DNA of 64,000 nucleotides from positions 291,090,001 to 291,154,000 of the forward strand of contig OZ024742.1 in the NCBI GenBank assembly GCA_964016885.1, read 5' to 3'. The first letter of the stretch is position 1. Each line of letters starts with the position of its first letter. Below the pieces are notes generated by a model. The model did no database searches, was not told the origin of the DNA, and saw only the letters and a program-made list of their open reading frames with translations. The DNA is from Eledone cirrhosa (Eukaryota). The position numbers were made by a program, and so were the translations under genes. This document shows positions 1-38,689 of this stretch, piece after piece.

Positions 1-110
1 ATTCACCGAACATTTATTATAATGCTCGGTGTGTTTGTAAACAACCATCCCGTATTCAGCCGTAGTGTCTAGCAACCATCGTTGCTCGTTTGTTCAACAC
101 TGACAAAGGA

Positions 111-153
111 ACGCTGTACTAGTTTCAAGCTTATTAGCTATCGTCAGCAACGT
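111..153 (-). ncRNA. Type I hammerhead ribozyme (family A)
   Basis: Minus strand: ACGTTG-CTGACGA-T-AGC TAATAA GCT-T-GAAA-CTAG-TA-CAGCGT. Stem I 6 bp, extended by GTTCAACA/TGTTGAAC. Palindromic CTAG loop III. Confidence 0.85.
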
Positions 154-571
154 ATACCTTCCTGCCAGATTGTTGAACGTATATACTTACCTTATGCATA
201 TTAACGGCTGAGTAGCCCAATTTGCATATCGAGTGGGTTAATCGGCTGGGTGCACCGAAAACGATAAACGGAAAAAATGAAACGAAATTTCATTTCCCAC
301 TCTTAGTACGGCTGTTACTTAAATATAAGTATGTACACGTACATACATATATGTATACGTACAGTAGTATGTATATATATATACATACATGCACACATAT
401 ATATATGTATGTATATATATATACATACTACTGTACGTCTGTATACATATATGTATGTACGTGTAGATACTTATATTTAAGTAACAGCCGTACTAAAAGT
501 AGGAAATGAAATTTCGTTTCATTTTTTCCGTTTATCGTTTTCGGTGCACCCGGCCGATTAACCCACTCGAT

Positions 572-579
572 ATGCAAAT
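572..579 (+). promoter_or_regulatory. Octamer motif ATGCAAAT within the retrozyme-like monomer
   Basis: Perfect octamer about 80 nt upstream of the ribozyme core. Mirrored at 220-227 and conserved in the diverged family at 62898-62905. Confidence 0.45.
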
Positions 580-645
580 TGGGCTACTCAGCCGTTAATA
601 TGCAAAAGGTAAGTATATACGTTCAACAATCTGGCAGGAAGGTAT

Positions 646-688
646 ACGTTGCTGACGATAGCTAATAAGCTTGAAACTAGTACAGTGT
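646..688 (+). ncRNA. Type I hammerhead ribozyme (family A)
   Basis: ACGTTG-CTGACGA-TAGCTAATAAGCTT-GAAA-CTAG-TA-CAGTGT. Extended stem spans 621-707. Confidence 0.85.
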
Positions 689-938
689 TCCTTTGTCAGT
701 GTTGAACAAACGAGCAATGATGGTTGCTAGACACTACGGTTTAATACGGGATGTTTGTTTACAAACACATCGAGCATTATAATAAATGTTCGGTGAATCC
801 ATACGTAGATATATATATGTGTGCATGTATGTATATATATATACATACTACTGTACGTCTGTATACATATATGTATATACGTGTACATACTTATATATAT
901 ATATGTATATACATATATATATGCATATATATAAATAT

Positions 939-1029
<91 letters not shown>

Positions 1030-1142
1030 TGTATATATACATATATACATGTATGTATATATACCTATATACATATACACATCTATATATATGTATATAT
1101 ATACATATGTATATACATATATATATGCATATATATATAAAT

Positions 1143-1199
<57 letters not shown>

Positions 1200-1634
1200 T
1201 ATACATCTATATATGGAGATTGAGAGAGAAAAAGTGAGAGATATGTAATATTTATTTATCTTTGTTTTTATCATTATTTTTATAATGTGTACGTATGTGT
1301 GTCTGTATATATATATATGTATATGTGGGGCTGTATGTATGTATATGTATATATTTGTGTGTATATATGTGTATGTGTTCCATTTTTAGCATATGCCATT
1401 TCCTCCATAGTTATCATCTGACCACATGGGGTTTCTCAACTAAAGCCATTATAAGAATACTCTGATGTTCTAAGAGAGGCCTCACATGTTTTGAAGAATA
1501 CATTTACAGTTTGTATGGAGTAGACTCACAACAACAACAGCAGCTGCAGCAATAGCATCACCACAACAACAACAATAACAACCACCACGAACCCCACCCA
1601 CAACCACAACATCAACAAACCAAGCTAGACCAAT

Positions 1635-27400
<25,766 letters not shown>

Positions 27401-27634
27401 AACACTGGACTATGGAACTACTCAGAGTAACCAATACTCCTCACCATCATCACTACTGAAATATTGTCTTTGTGTGTGTGTGAGTCTGTGTGAGTCTGTG
27501 TGTGTGTATATATATATGTATATATATATATATAGAGAGAGAGAAAGAGATGTATGTGTGTGTGCTCTGTATATGTATGAATGAATGTATGAATGTATGT
27601 ATATATATAAATACACACACGCATATAAATAATA

Positions 27635-27689
<55 letters not shown>

Positions 27690-27694
<5 letters not shown>

Positions 27695-27963
27695 TCTTTA
27701 TTAACCACAAGGGTTTACACAAAGTAAGACATTAAGGACAGTACAGGACAATACAGGACAATACAGGACAATACAGGACAGTACAAATGGGCATTTCTGT
27801 GTGTAAAAAAAACAAAAAACAGAGGATCTAACAAAAAAGGAACAATGAAAAATTCCCAATAGGGGGGAGACTTCCGAGGGCCATCGTGGAGAAAGCCCAT
27901 TAAAAAAGGCCACGTGACCCTGACCACCAGGGAAATTGCCCTCTCCCAGTTTTCCACCTTCAA
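27690..27963 (-). mobile_element. LINE 3' UTR fragment (same family as 16127-16527) in (TAA)n, just downstream of the protease stop codon
   Basis: Reverse complement closely matches 16243-16525. Confidence 0.75.
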
Positions 27964-28340
27964 ATAATAATAATAATAATAATAATTATAGTACCAGGAA
28001 AGTCAGGAATAACTAGGCAGGAAATGAAATTTAATTTGACTTATCTTCGTAAATATATATTTAAATAGGTTCATGACCAGTTAGGGTATTTTTAACCGGT
28101 AGATCTCAAAGTATCATGGGGAAAGCACTCAATATCCTGAAGCATCCCAGATTACATCTGGTGGTTCAGGTGGAGTTTATACAGTAAAGAATAAGTATGC
28201 AAAATAGGTTTTTACAACAATTTATTCGGAGATTTTCCATTACAAATATTTCAATGGATGACTATGCAGTGTGGGTTCCATAGTATCAGTCCAGTTTCTT
28301 CAGATGGTTTTCCAAACATTATTTTTAACCGCCCCGGTTG

Positions 28341-28530
28341 GAGGGCGGTGGATTGGCAGTATCGGTAGAGAGTCGGACGCCATGCTTTACAGCATAGTTA
28401 CGTCCCTTTACGGACTGAGTTCAAATCCCACCGAGGTTAACTTTGCCTTTCATCCTTTCGGGGTCGATAAAATAAAGAACCAGTAATGTACTGGGATAAT
28501 TGCTGGCCTGGTGCCAAAAGTAGAAACAAT
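28341..28530 (+). mobile_element. tRNA-derived SINE
   Basis: Same family; ATTATTTTTAACC..CCC duplicated on both sides. Confidence 0.85.
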
Positions 28531-29402
28531 TATTTTTAACCACCCCTGGTTCTCTGGTCATGGAATCATTGATAATGTTTTTTGCAGCATTATAACTTTA
28601 AAAAGATATTTCCAGTCTAGCCTTCTGTTGTTTTAATAATATTTAACTCTGTTCCTACACCAGCCATGGGATTCAACATCTACAATTGATTATTTGCATA
28701 ATGTAGAGTGCTTTCCTTACTAATACATCATGGTTTACTAACCGGAACAATCAGTTATACTCATTGGTGAACCACACAACATAAATGGTATCTATCTATC
28801 TATCTATCTATCTGTCTATCTATCTATCAATCTATCTATCTTTCAATCTATCTATCTATCTATGTATCTATCTATCTATATATATATATATCTTTAAATT
28901 GATGGTGCCTCAGCATGGCCTCAGCCTGTCAGCTGGAACATGTACTATAGAAAAAAAAATATATATATATATATATATTGTAATAATAAATACAAACACC
29001 AAAATCCGAAGAGGGCTCGATAAGGATTGTATACATATGTATATAAATATATATAAACCCATAGAGCAAATATTTATTATTAGTACAGATTAAAGGGGAA
29101 GTAGAAATTCGTTGCTTAAACTTTAATCTGTACTAATAATACACACACACACATATATATATATATATACACACACACACATGCATATATATATATATAT
29201 ATATGGTCACCCGATCAATCTTGCCTTAAGTGGGACAATTCCCGTCTAACCCATGCTAGTGTGGAAGATAGACGTTAAATGATGATGATGATGATGCTTA
29301 TGATATATATAACCAACCCAAACCAAAGAGTGAGTGTGATCTGTTATTATTTCTGGCAATATTATAACAATATGACCCTCCCCAAGTATAACAATATATA
29401 TA

Positions 29403-29653
29403 CAGGGTTATTCAAAAAGAATGAACCGATTTCATGATGCATTGCTTCAGTTCTCAAGCATCGTCATGGAATGAGTCAGTGAGCATTTGAAAGAGGAGTT
29501 ATCTAAGTTTTGAATGGCTGCCACAGGGGTGCTGTAGTTGCGTCATTCCTCTGGCAACTTTCAGTTGTTTGTTTACCCTCAGAATGGCGAGTCCTCAGCA
29601 AAAGGCATTCTGTGTGCGTAATGAAATTGGTTCATTCTTTTTGAATAACCCTG
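29403..29653 (+). mobile_element. Mariner-derived MITE
   Basis: ~33-bp TIRs CAGGGTTATTCAAAAAGAATGAACC.ATTTCAT, TA TSD; retains a transposase start MASPQQKAFCV. Confidence 0.85.
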
Positions 29654-29805
29654 TATATACATACATATATATATATATATTGTAGGAGGTGAGTTTTATT
29701 GTAGCACAATAAAGCAATGCAAATATCGGATAAGTAGCACTCAACAGTTTATAAGACTGGAGTATAAATAATATAAGATCAAAAGATGGTTAAAAGAGTT
29801 CCAAG

Positions 29806-29876
29806 TATTTTATTATGCGCATTTCAAAAACAAATATCAGCATGGGATGATATTTGCGTTCTCATCAGATAAAATA
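29806..29876 (-). ncRNA. Type I hammerhead ribozyme in the inverted pLTR
   Basis: TATTTTAT-CTGATGA-GAACGCAAATATCA..TGATATTTGTTTTT-GAAA-TGCGCA-TA-ATAAAATA. Perfect 8-bp stem I; palindromic stem III. Confidence 0.88.
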
Positions 29877-32130
29877 GGGAGACATGATATGAAGGTTAAA
29901 AAACACTTGCGAGCAATATTATTAAGAATAATATATTTGATCTGTTTAAGCACCATAACCTAAAAATTGAATTTGAAAACAACGTCAAACTAGCTAGCTT
30001 CCTGGATATATCCCTTAATCTTGACATCGGCCTATATTACCCTTACCATAAAGACAATGAGAATCTAAATTATGTTAATTTTAAATCTAACCACCCCATT
30101 AACGTTAAAAATGCTATAGTCAGTAATGTTGAAAAATGAATCTCAAATCTATCTTCTAATAAACTTATCTTTGACGCTAAAGCCAATTATTACAACAATG
30201 CGCTTTCCAGAGCCGGTTATCCTGACAAAATTAAATACAGTAAAGAAACCAATCATCGAGGAATTTATAGTAATATAATTAGTTATAAGCATTCCAATAG
30301 CATAAAGAAAAGACCTAGATATAAAAATATGATTTGGTACAACGCTCCTTTTTCTCTATCTATTATTAGTAATATTCCTAAACTATTTTTTAGGGCCTTA
30401 GATAAATGCTTCCCTCCTTCACATATTTATAGTAAGATTTTTAATAAGCATACAATTAAATTATCTTATTCCACCACTTCCAACATCTCTAACATTATCT
30501 CAAAACATAATAATAAAATATTAAGTAATAAATTATATCCATCCAACACTGAGCGTCATAATAATAGCAATAGTAAGCCCGACGTCAATGTTAACTCTAG
30601 GCTAGATTCCGTAAATTTAAATACGACGTTAAACGTAACTTTGTCGCATGTTCATAATACCAATCTAAATCAGAAAACTTTAGCACCTATCGTAAGTAAC
30701 TTCTCCAATTCAATTCATTCTATAAATAATACTAGGTCACTTGCTAATAACTCTGGTAATTTCTCTAATCGTAATTGCAATTGCCCTATTAGAACTAAAT
30801 GTCCTCTTAATAACCAATGTCTTGATAAAAATTTAGTGTATGAATGTAAGGTTATAACTGGTACCAACTCTTTTACCTATTTTGGTTCCACTTCCACTTC
30901 CTTTAAAGCAAGATTTTATAATCACAATTCCTCTTTTAAATACCAACTTAAAAGAACTAACACGGCACTCTCAGAACTCATATGGTCCTTAAAGGACAAA
31001 AATATTAACTACAACATTTCTTGGAGGAAGGTTTGCAACGCCTCTCCTTAATTCTTCCCTATCCAGAACATGTAATCTCTGCCTAGCGGAGGAATTTACC
31101 ATTATCTCTAATTTTAATTCTATAATAAATAGACGTACGGATTTATTTTCGCTCTTGCATAAATCCCATAGAACTTTCCATAAAGTATACAGCTAATATC
31201 TTACTACCTAATGTTTAAAATCTTCTTTTGTCAAAGGCTTTTATATTTTTTTTACAAATTTACACATCTTTCTACCTTATTTCAGTATATTATACAATAT
31301 TACTCATACTATGTCGTTAACGGTCCCCTAATTTTCTTCTTTTTTTAATTTCTAATCTTCAATCTGCAACTTTTACTTCTCAATTACTTCTTAATTCATC
31401 TTATAATTCACTATAGCATTTTCATTATATTCTCGGCCATACAAATCTTTATTTTTAATATATATTAATATTACCATAGAGAAATTTTGTAAACATTTTT
31501 TTGACGTTATATATTTTTTCTTCCTTGAATTTTTTCTTTCTTCTCTCCTCCCGTGCTCCTATTAAATCTATTATTTACTTTCTCCTATTACAATATATAG
31601 AAAAAAACTGAGACCCTAATTAATTCCTCTAAGTTCATAATTCATTTAACCTTATCTTCATTCACCTTATCTTCTTAATATATTTTATTTTAATAATACA
31701 TTTTAATAAATTCCTTTTCACACATCTTATTAAACCCTTCAATATATAAACCTTAAATAAATAGTATTCTTAATTCCTTTCTCTTTAATCATAAGCATCA
31801 CCATTCATAAACCTCATTAACTTTTAATTTCTCAATTTTAAATTATGTATTATCTTACAACGGTGTTTTTAAATTTTCTCTGTGAGACAGTGTTTCTCAG
31901 TATTAAAGGTTATCTCTCTCTCTCTCTCTTACTCATTTTCTCCTCCTCTCTCATCCTTCCTTCTTATACTCCTCCTCCGTCATCCTTTCCTTATTATTAT
32001 TTTTTTTTTCTTCTATCTATATTCTTTCTTCCTCTTCCTTACCTTTTCCTTCCCCCCTTCTTTTCCTTTTTTCCAATCTCATATATCCATCTTATTTTAT
32101 TTTTCATATGTTGATTTAACACTTCACTGC

Positions 32131-32163
<33 letters not shown>

Positions 32164-32239
32164 GTTTAACGTCCATCTTCCATGCTTGCATGGGTTTGGA
32201 CGGTTGCAAGTGTTTTTTAAGCTTCATATCATGTCTCCC

Positions 32240-32310
32240 TATTTTATCTAATGAGAACGCAGATATCATTCCATGATGATATTTATTTATGAAATGCACA
32301 TAATAAAATA
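32240..32310 (+). ncRNA. Hammerhead in the 3' pLTR, core mutated
   Basis: Same motif as 29806-29876 but with CTAATGA and TGCACA. Confidence 0.6.
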
Positions 32311-32345
32311 CATGGAACTCTTTTAACCATCTTTTGATTTTATAT

Positions 32346-32381
<36 letters not shown>

Positions 32382-32387
32382 CATATA

Positions 32388-32598
32388 TATCATCATCATC
32401 ATCATCATCATTTTACGTCCGCTTTTCCCTGCTTGCGGGTCTTATTCAACACAGCATCTCTCCACTTGTCACGGTCCTTCATCATCTCCACCGTGAGCTT
32501 CAGTGATCTGAGGTCTGTTCTCACCACCTCCGCCCATGTTTTTCGTGGTCTACCTCTACCACGTCTTCCTTCAATTGGCATTTCCTGGCACTTCTTCA
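32388..32598 (-). mobile_element. RTE LINE 3' fragment
   Basis: Matches 20480-20690 ([13 protein letters not shown]). Confidence 0.85.
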
Positions 32599-32655
32599 TA
32601 TATATATATGTATATATATATGTATATATATATATATGCATATATATATATATAC

Positions 32656-32747
<92 letters not shown>

Positions 32748-34699
32748 ACATACATGTGTGTGTGTGTGTGTGCGTGTGTGTTTATATGTGAGCAATTATG
32801 TATTAATATGTATTACGTACAGCGTGTTATATACATGTATAAAGTTATTATGGACATAATAAAGATAAATGTGATTATATATTTGTTGAGTGTAGTATTT
32901 TATTTGTATCTCAGGCCTATTAAATATATATTATCTATAAACGTTTATTAAATTCCCTATTTAAATAATTGTTTCTATATTAGGCACAAGGCCACCAATT
33001 ACCCAGTACATTACTGGTACTTTATTTTATCGACCCCGTAAAGATGAAAGGCAAAGTTAACCTCGGCGGGTTAACTTATTCCCTATTTAAATAATGTCCA
33101 ATGGTATTTTATTGATATGTTCCCATATGAAATTTAGTTTTTAACTAAATTTGAAATGTTGAAATTAAATTTGTAAAAGTTACCCACTTTAATGTCTATC
33201 TGATATTGTATTGTTCCACTTTACAATAAAGTTACATAAGGACTCATGTACTATATTTTTATGTCTAATAAACATACATTTAATCTTGTGAGTATTTTTA
33301 CTCTTTTCTTACCTTGTTTCTAATGAAAGAAACTACTTATGGTTTTCAGATCATTTTAAAAATAATGAAGAATTTGGGGGGATTTACTAACAAATCATAC
33401 TTCCTCATTTTTAAGCTGGTGTTTGGAATATAATCAATTTAGTTTTTTAAGGTTTGTCTTCAAAGTCTCATCCCATATCTTCCTGGATCTGCCTCTTCCA
33501 CGAGTCCCAGCCATTTTAATGCTACTGTTGTCTACCATACGCATCACATGTTAAAATGCACCTGATACACACTGTAAGTTGGCAGTGCAGGTAACATAAT
33601 ACAATGCACCGTGTCCACTCTGTAAAGTAGTAGTGCTGATGCCATGACAAAATATACTCAGTACACTCTGTGAAGTGGTAGTTCTGATCCCATGATGAAA
33701 TACATCCAGTACATCTGTATATATACATATGTGTGTGTGTGTGTGAGTCAGTGCCTGTGTGTGTGCCAGTGTCTGTGTGTGTGCCAGTGTCTGTGTTTAG
33801 GTTTCTATCTATAGCTGGGTTTATGTCACACAACTTAACAGTTCAATAAAAAGAGATTGATAAATTAAATATTAGACTAAAAAAACAAATAATTACTAGG
33901 GTTGATATAATTGACTAAATCCCTTGAGAGCAGTGCCTCAGTGTGGCCACATTCTAATGAAGGTACTAGGATAATAAATGAGTAAGCCCACTTCAAACAA
34001 GCAAATATACTGTAATCAATAATAATTATTGAATTACATATTACTGTCCATTGATCATGTATGTATGTATAGTTCTGTAACTCCTGATAGAGTCGTAAGG
34101 GCGCCATATTAATATATGGTGCTTCTTGGGCATTTTAAGCCTGGCAGTGCCTATCCTTCTCTAGGTCTGAGTACAGAAGATTTCTTCTAAAGGAAGATAG
34201 AAAGTGAGAGAGAGAAAATGAGAAAGAAATATTGAGGACAAATCGACCCCAGTACTAGACTGGTACTTTTTTAATCGACCTCGAAAGGATGAAAGGCAAA
34301 GTTGACCTCAGTGGGATTTGAGAGCCGGAATGAATAGCATATAGCATTTTATCCAACATTCTAATGACTCTGCCAATTCGCCACCTACAGACATGTGTAT
34401 CTTTAACCAAATCAGCATGACACAGTGTATGACAAAGCTGTGCCTCTGAATTACAGCTACAGTTTATCTTGTATTACACAGTAAGTGTCTGAGTTTTCCA
34501 CAGACACATGTATCTTTGATATAATTGTCAAGCCAAATCAGTGTAACTCAATATGTGTCAAAACTGGGCAAATGAATTACAGGTACAACCCATTTTATAT
34601 TATAGTGGTTGAGTATTCCATAGACATATGTCTCTTTAATGTAATTATCAGTACTCTGTTCTTAGCTATCTGCTGTCTATTATCATCCTCCTGGACATA

Positions 34700-35595
34700 A
34701 CTGAGGAGTTTAAAATGGCTTCCCATGAGAACTCCTTTATGCTGATGATCTAGTCCTTATAGCTGAACCTATGACAGAATTAGGAAAAACTTCCAGATCT
34801 GGAATAAAAATATGGAATAAAAAGGTCTTAAAGTCAATTTGAAAAGGATCAAAGTCCTAATAAGTAGGAAGGAAAACAGGGCCCTGATCCCCTCAGGGAA
34901 ATCACCCTTCTCAATATGCAGGAAAGGAGTAGGTATAAATTCCACTCTATGTATCAAAGAAAAGTTATGGGTACAAGAGATGTAGTGGGATGTCAGATAG
35001 GCTAGCAGAGAATGCAGGCTTTATGTGTGATAGGGGCAAAGGAGCAATATGCAGCAAGAGCTCATATGAAACAAGCTCTGTCAAATCCTCAGAGGGGTCC
35101 CTAGAAGTAGTTGACAGCTTCTGTTACATGGGCGACAAATTAACAATAGAGGTGGGTTTTCTAAAAGTATAGTAGCCAGATTGAGAACAGGGTGGAAAAA
35201 GTTTGGGGAAATACTATCGCTTTTAACTACAAACATTTTTTTTTCAAAATGAAAGACAAATTTTATGATGCTTGTGTATGATCAGCAATGCTGCATAGAA
35301 GTGAGACTTAGCCTCTTTGTGGATAGGACCTATGAAGAGTGAAAAGAAATGAGGCAAGCATGCTCTGATGGATGTGTAATAGGAGTATACATAAATAATA
35401 AAGCATCAATGAACTGAGAGAGTAACTGGACCAGATGAAGATTGCTGGAGAAGAGACTGCAATAGTATGGACATATGATACATATATAGAGGATGACAGC
35501 TGCATAAAGGAGTGCAGGAAAGTTGAAGTTGTTGGAAACAATGGAAGAGGAAGACCCAGGAAAGTATAGAATGATGTGGTAAAAGCTGATCACAC
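34700..35595 (+). mobile_element. Degenerate RTE LINE
   Basis: ELLYADDL, LEVVDSFCYMGD and MLH.SET remnants with many stops. Confidence 0.75.
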
Positions 35596-36004
35596 ACAAT
35601 TAAACCTCTCAAAAGAGACAAGTTCTCTGGTGATATGTCATACTGCAGAAGAGCCACATTCCCACATGTACTGGATGAAACAAACATGGATAAAACACTC
35701 TGCCCCAATCTCATTAATTCCCCTTCTTCAATTGAATACTCTACCCATTATCTAAGTACCAACTTTAGACCTCCCCTACTTACTTCTTCCATCCCCACCC
35801 TGCCTTATGCATCCATCAACAACTCTTACCAGCATGGAAAGTCAGTCTTCTACTCTCTTGTTCAACACATTTCAGCATGGAACAGTTGCTCTCACCCCCA
35901 TTAAACTGCAACCCCTTCCTAGACCCACCCAACCCATACCAATATACAAAAGACATTACACTGAAGATATGAACATAAACCCTTAAGATGCTAGAAATGT
36001 CCAT

Positions 36005-36245
36005 TATAATAATGAAATTATTGTGTACAGTGCCCAGGTGCATTACAATTCATTAAAGGTGCATGTATAATACATACAATAATGTACAAATGTCAGGAAA
36101 ATGAACAGTGTACGAGTCATTAAATACATGTGTGCGTGTGTATGGAGGGGGACATCAGGTATAGTGTTGGCGAATCTCAGGAAGCATGGAGGTTTTAAAG
36201 GATGCAGTGTCTTGACAGATAACAACTGATGCAGGTTATGTTTCA
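36005..36245 (-). mobile_element. CR1-type LINE 3' end
   Basis: Reverse complement similar to 15700-15935. Confidence 0.8.
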
Positions 36246-36448
36246 TATCTGTGGAAAAAATGCATATAGGATCAAGTGCTAACCCTAAAATGTCTACAAA
36301 TTACCCCTTCCTATGTAATATGACATTAGTGCTCAAAGAGAGATATATTGTCCAACTTAGAGTGTAGAGTTAGCTCCCCTCTTCCATTTCTTCCTCACTT
36401 TTTAAAACTTTGTCCTTTCTTTTTTTTTCTTTTTCATCTTTTTGTTAA

Positions 36449-37433
36449 TCTATATATATAAAACTGTGGTTGTCTGTCTGTCTATCGATTTTTGGCACAC
36501 ATCTCCTCTTAGAATCTCTCACGGAATTGCACTGAAATTGCTATACTTGTACATTGAGCCCTAGCGAAGACATCGGAAAAAAAATATTTCAAATTGACCC
36601 ACCCTATGTGACGAAATCGAATATAATGTATCGATTTTTGAGCGTAAGTTATCAGTTATTTCCCTTTGTTCTGTTTACATTGAGCGTCTTACGTAAAAAA
36701 TTACGCTGGCTTTCTCAGCGTTTAAAATGACATTAACACAATACACGAACAGTTGTCGAGCCAGCAAAATATTGACCTGCAAAATTCATCAGTTCGAACA
36801 CTAAGCTTCCGTTTTGCTTCATTTCCATTTAAAAGCATTTTAAAACAATATTTTTACTTGAAAACAAGTCTATTTAAAGACTACGTAAAACAAGCAAATA
36901 TTTCGTCGTTAAGCGTGCAGACAGACAGTCGTGCAGACAGACAGTCGTGCAGAGAGGTGATATACGCGTGCAGACAGATAGTCGTGCAGAGAGGTGATAT
37001 AGGCGTGCAGACAGACAGTCGTGCAGAGAGGTGATATAGGCGTGCAGACAGACAGTCGTGCAGAGAGGTGATATAGGCGTGCAGACAGACAGTCGTGCAG
37101 AGAGGTGATATAGGCGTGCAGACAGACATAACTGATAATTTGGTTACGCTAATGTTTTTCTCTGCGTTGCAGTGTTTACATTTTCGATCTTTGTTAATAA
37201 ATAACCAGTGCAGTTTCTATCCCCAGCATCCTCTTTTGTTATAACATTCGGGTTATCGTTATGTTTTCTTAACTTCATAAGGCATATTGTTGGTTGAGGG
37301 AATATTAATCAAAAACACCACATGCAAGTCTGCACAGTAGACACTACAGTTTTTAAGCCAAGAAAGAAACTTAACATTGTAACTTTAACACAGCTACTGA
37401 GCGACCCCGAGCAACGCCGGGCTTTACTGTTAG
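36449..37433 (+). mobile_element. Non-autonomous Helitron with an internal 37-bp tandem repeat
   Basis: A|TCTATATATATAAAA 5' end; hairpin CCCGAGCAACGCCGGG and TTAG|T 3' end; about 5 units of GCGTGCAGACAGACAGTCGTGCAGAGAGGTGATATAG at 36913-37128. Confidence 0.8.
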
Positions 37434-37439
37434 TATGAT

Positions 37440-37780
37440 ATAAATTTGAGAGTTGTACTTGTCTGGCAAGTGACTTGATCTGTGACCATGTGTTGAAACT
37501 AAAGCAATTACATTGTGGAAAAGTCATTTTAGCTACAGATGTACTTATCTGGTAAGTGGCTTGATCTGAGATTATGTGATGAAACTAAAGCAATTATATC
37601 ATGGAAGTGTCATTTTAGCCACAGTTGCACATGTCTACCAAATGATTTGATCTGAGATTGAGTGCTGAAAATTAAGGAATTACATCACATAAGCGTCATT
37701 TTAGCCAAAGTTGTATATATCTGGAAGTGGCTGAACTTGGGAGTGTGTTGAAACTATCGTTGAAGAGTGATCTTAGTCAT
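37440..37780 (+). repeat. Degenerate ~85-bp tandem repeat
   Basis: About 4 units containing TTGATCTGAGA...GAAACTAAAGCAATTACAT...GTCATTTTAGC. Confidence 0.65.
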
Positions 37781-38689
37781 TTAAAACACATACAGACACA
37801 CACATAAATTGTTAAACTCATTTTACATTTATTATTTATTTCTTAGAGTAATAATAAGAGGGTATATATATATATATACATATGTGAAAATATCACATGA
37901 TCCACATGACAGGTGCAATGTGTCCAAACACAGAAGAGCCGAACTCCCACCGTCATCAACCCCCATCTCTCTCGCCCTCCCCATCTCTCTGTATGGTGAG
38001 CAAATGGGGTCCCATGTGCTGGCTGCCCCACAGCTCTGGTGGACAGTTGCTGTGTCTGTTTTCTAGGCAGTTATATAATTCACAAGCTCTAACAATCTGA
38101 ATTAACAATTGTTAAAGTACAGATCTACCAACGGCTGATTTCTTGAGGTATATGGTAAAAACAAATATTTTTTCTAGATTATATAATCTAGCACATTATC
38201 ACTCACAGGATCATTGTTGATTGATAAACTGAAATATTTTATTAAACAGTTCAACAGTTGTAGATTCTCACAAGGTAGCAAACTGGCAGAGCTGTCATTT
38301 GGGCTTTCTGTGCACGGAGTTCAAATCTCGCTAAGGCTAACTTTGCCTTTCATTCTTTCAGAAGTTGATAAATAAAGCATTAGCTGAGTATGGCAGTTGA
38401 TACTTCATCTCTCTTCACCCTGCCACACCCTCTCTCTCCTCATTGGAGGAATTCAGCTATGGTCAAACCTGGTGAGGGGTCAGCTCCACCTGGTTTAAAA
38501 TGTCATGACATCACCACTACAACACTGTCAAAAATTAAGGGAGTAGTAAGAGTGATATTCCTACACATTGGTTATACTAAATTAAATATGGTTAAATTAA
38601 ATTACAAATAGTTGGATATATTTTTCTCTCTATCTTTTCTAGGTTTCCTCTTAAGCTATCATATTTACTTCGTGGTAGCTCTAACATAT

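Larger units (their letters stand above)
1..900. mobile_element. Non-coding hammerhead-containing repeat (retrozyme-like family A): inverted copy plus tandem copies, monomer 420 bp
   Basis: 1-~385 is the reverse complement of ~410-798. The block ATACATACTACTGTACGTCTGTATACATAT recurs at 421 and 841 (period 420). Each arm carries a hammerhead core. Ends in (TA)n and may extend left of the window. Confidence 0.8.
29681..32348 (+). mobile_element. Naiad-like Penelope element, 5'-truncated and decayed, with inverted 5' pLTR
   Basis: FLDI.LNL...YYPYHK..SNHP thumb, WYNAPFS, CNC..CPL..C, LVYEC...YFGST..FK.RF.NH nuclease. 29770-29910 is the reverse complement of 32205-32345. Confidence 0.88.

Noticed and set aside
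727-1274. YI/IY-rich ORFs here and at 2.8, 32.5, 44.6, 47.1, 52.3, 53.6 and 61.7 kb; poly-CV ORFs at 13.1 kb; poly-M/D/H ORFs at 4.0-4.4 kb
   Set aside because: Translations of (TA)n, (CA)n and (GAT)n microsatellites.
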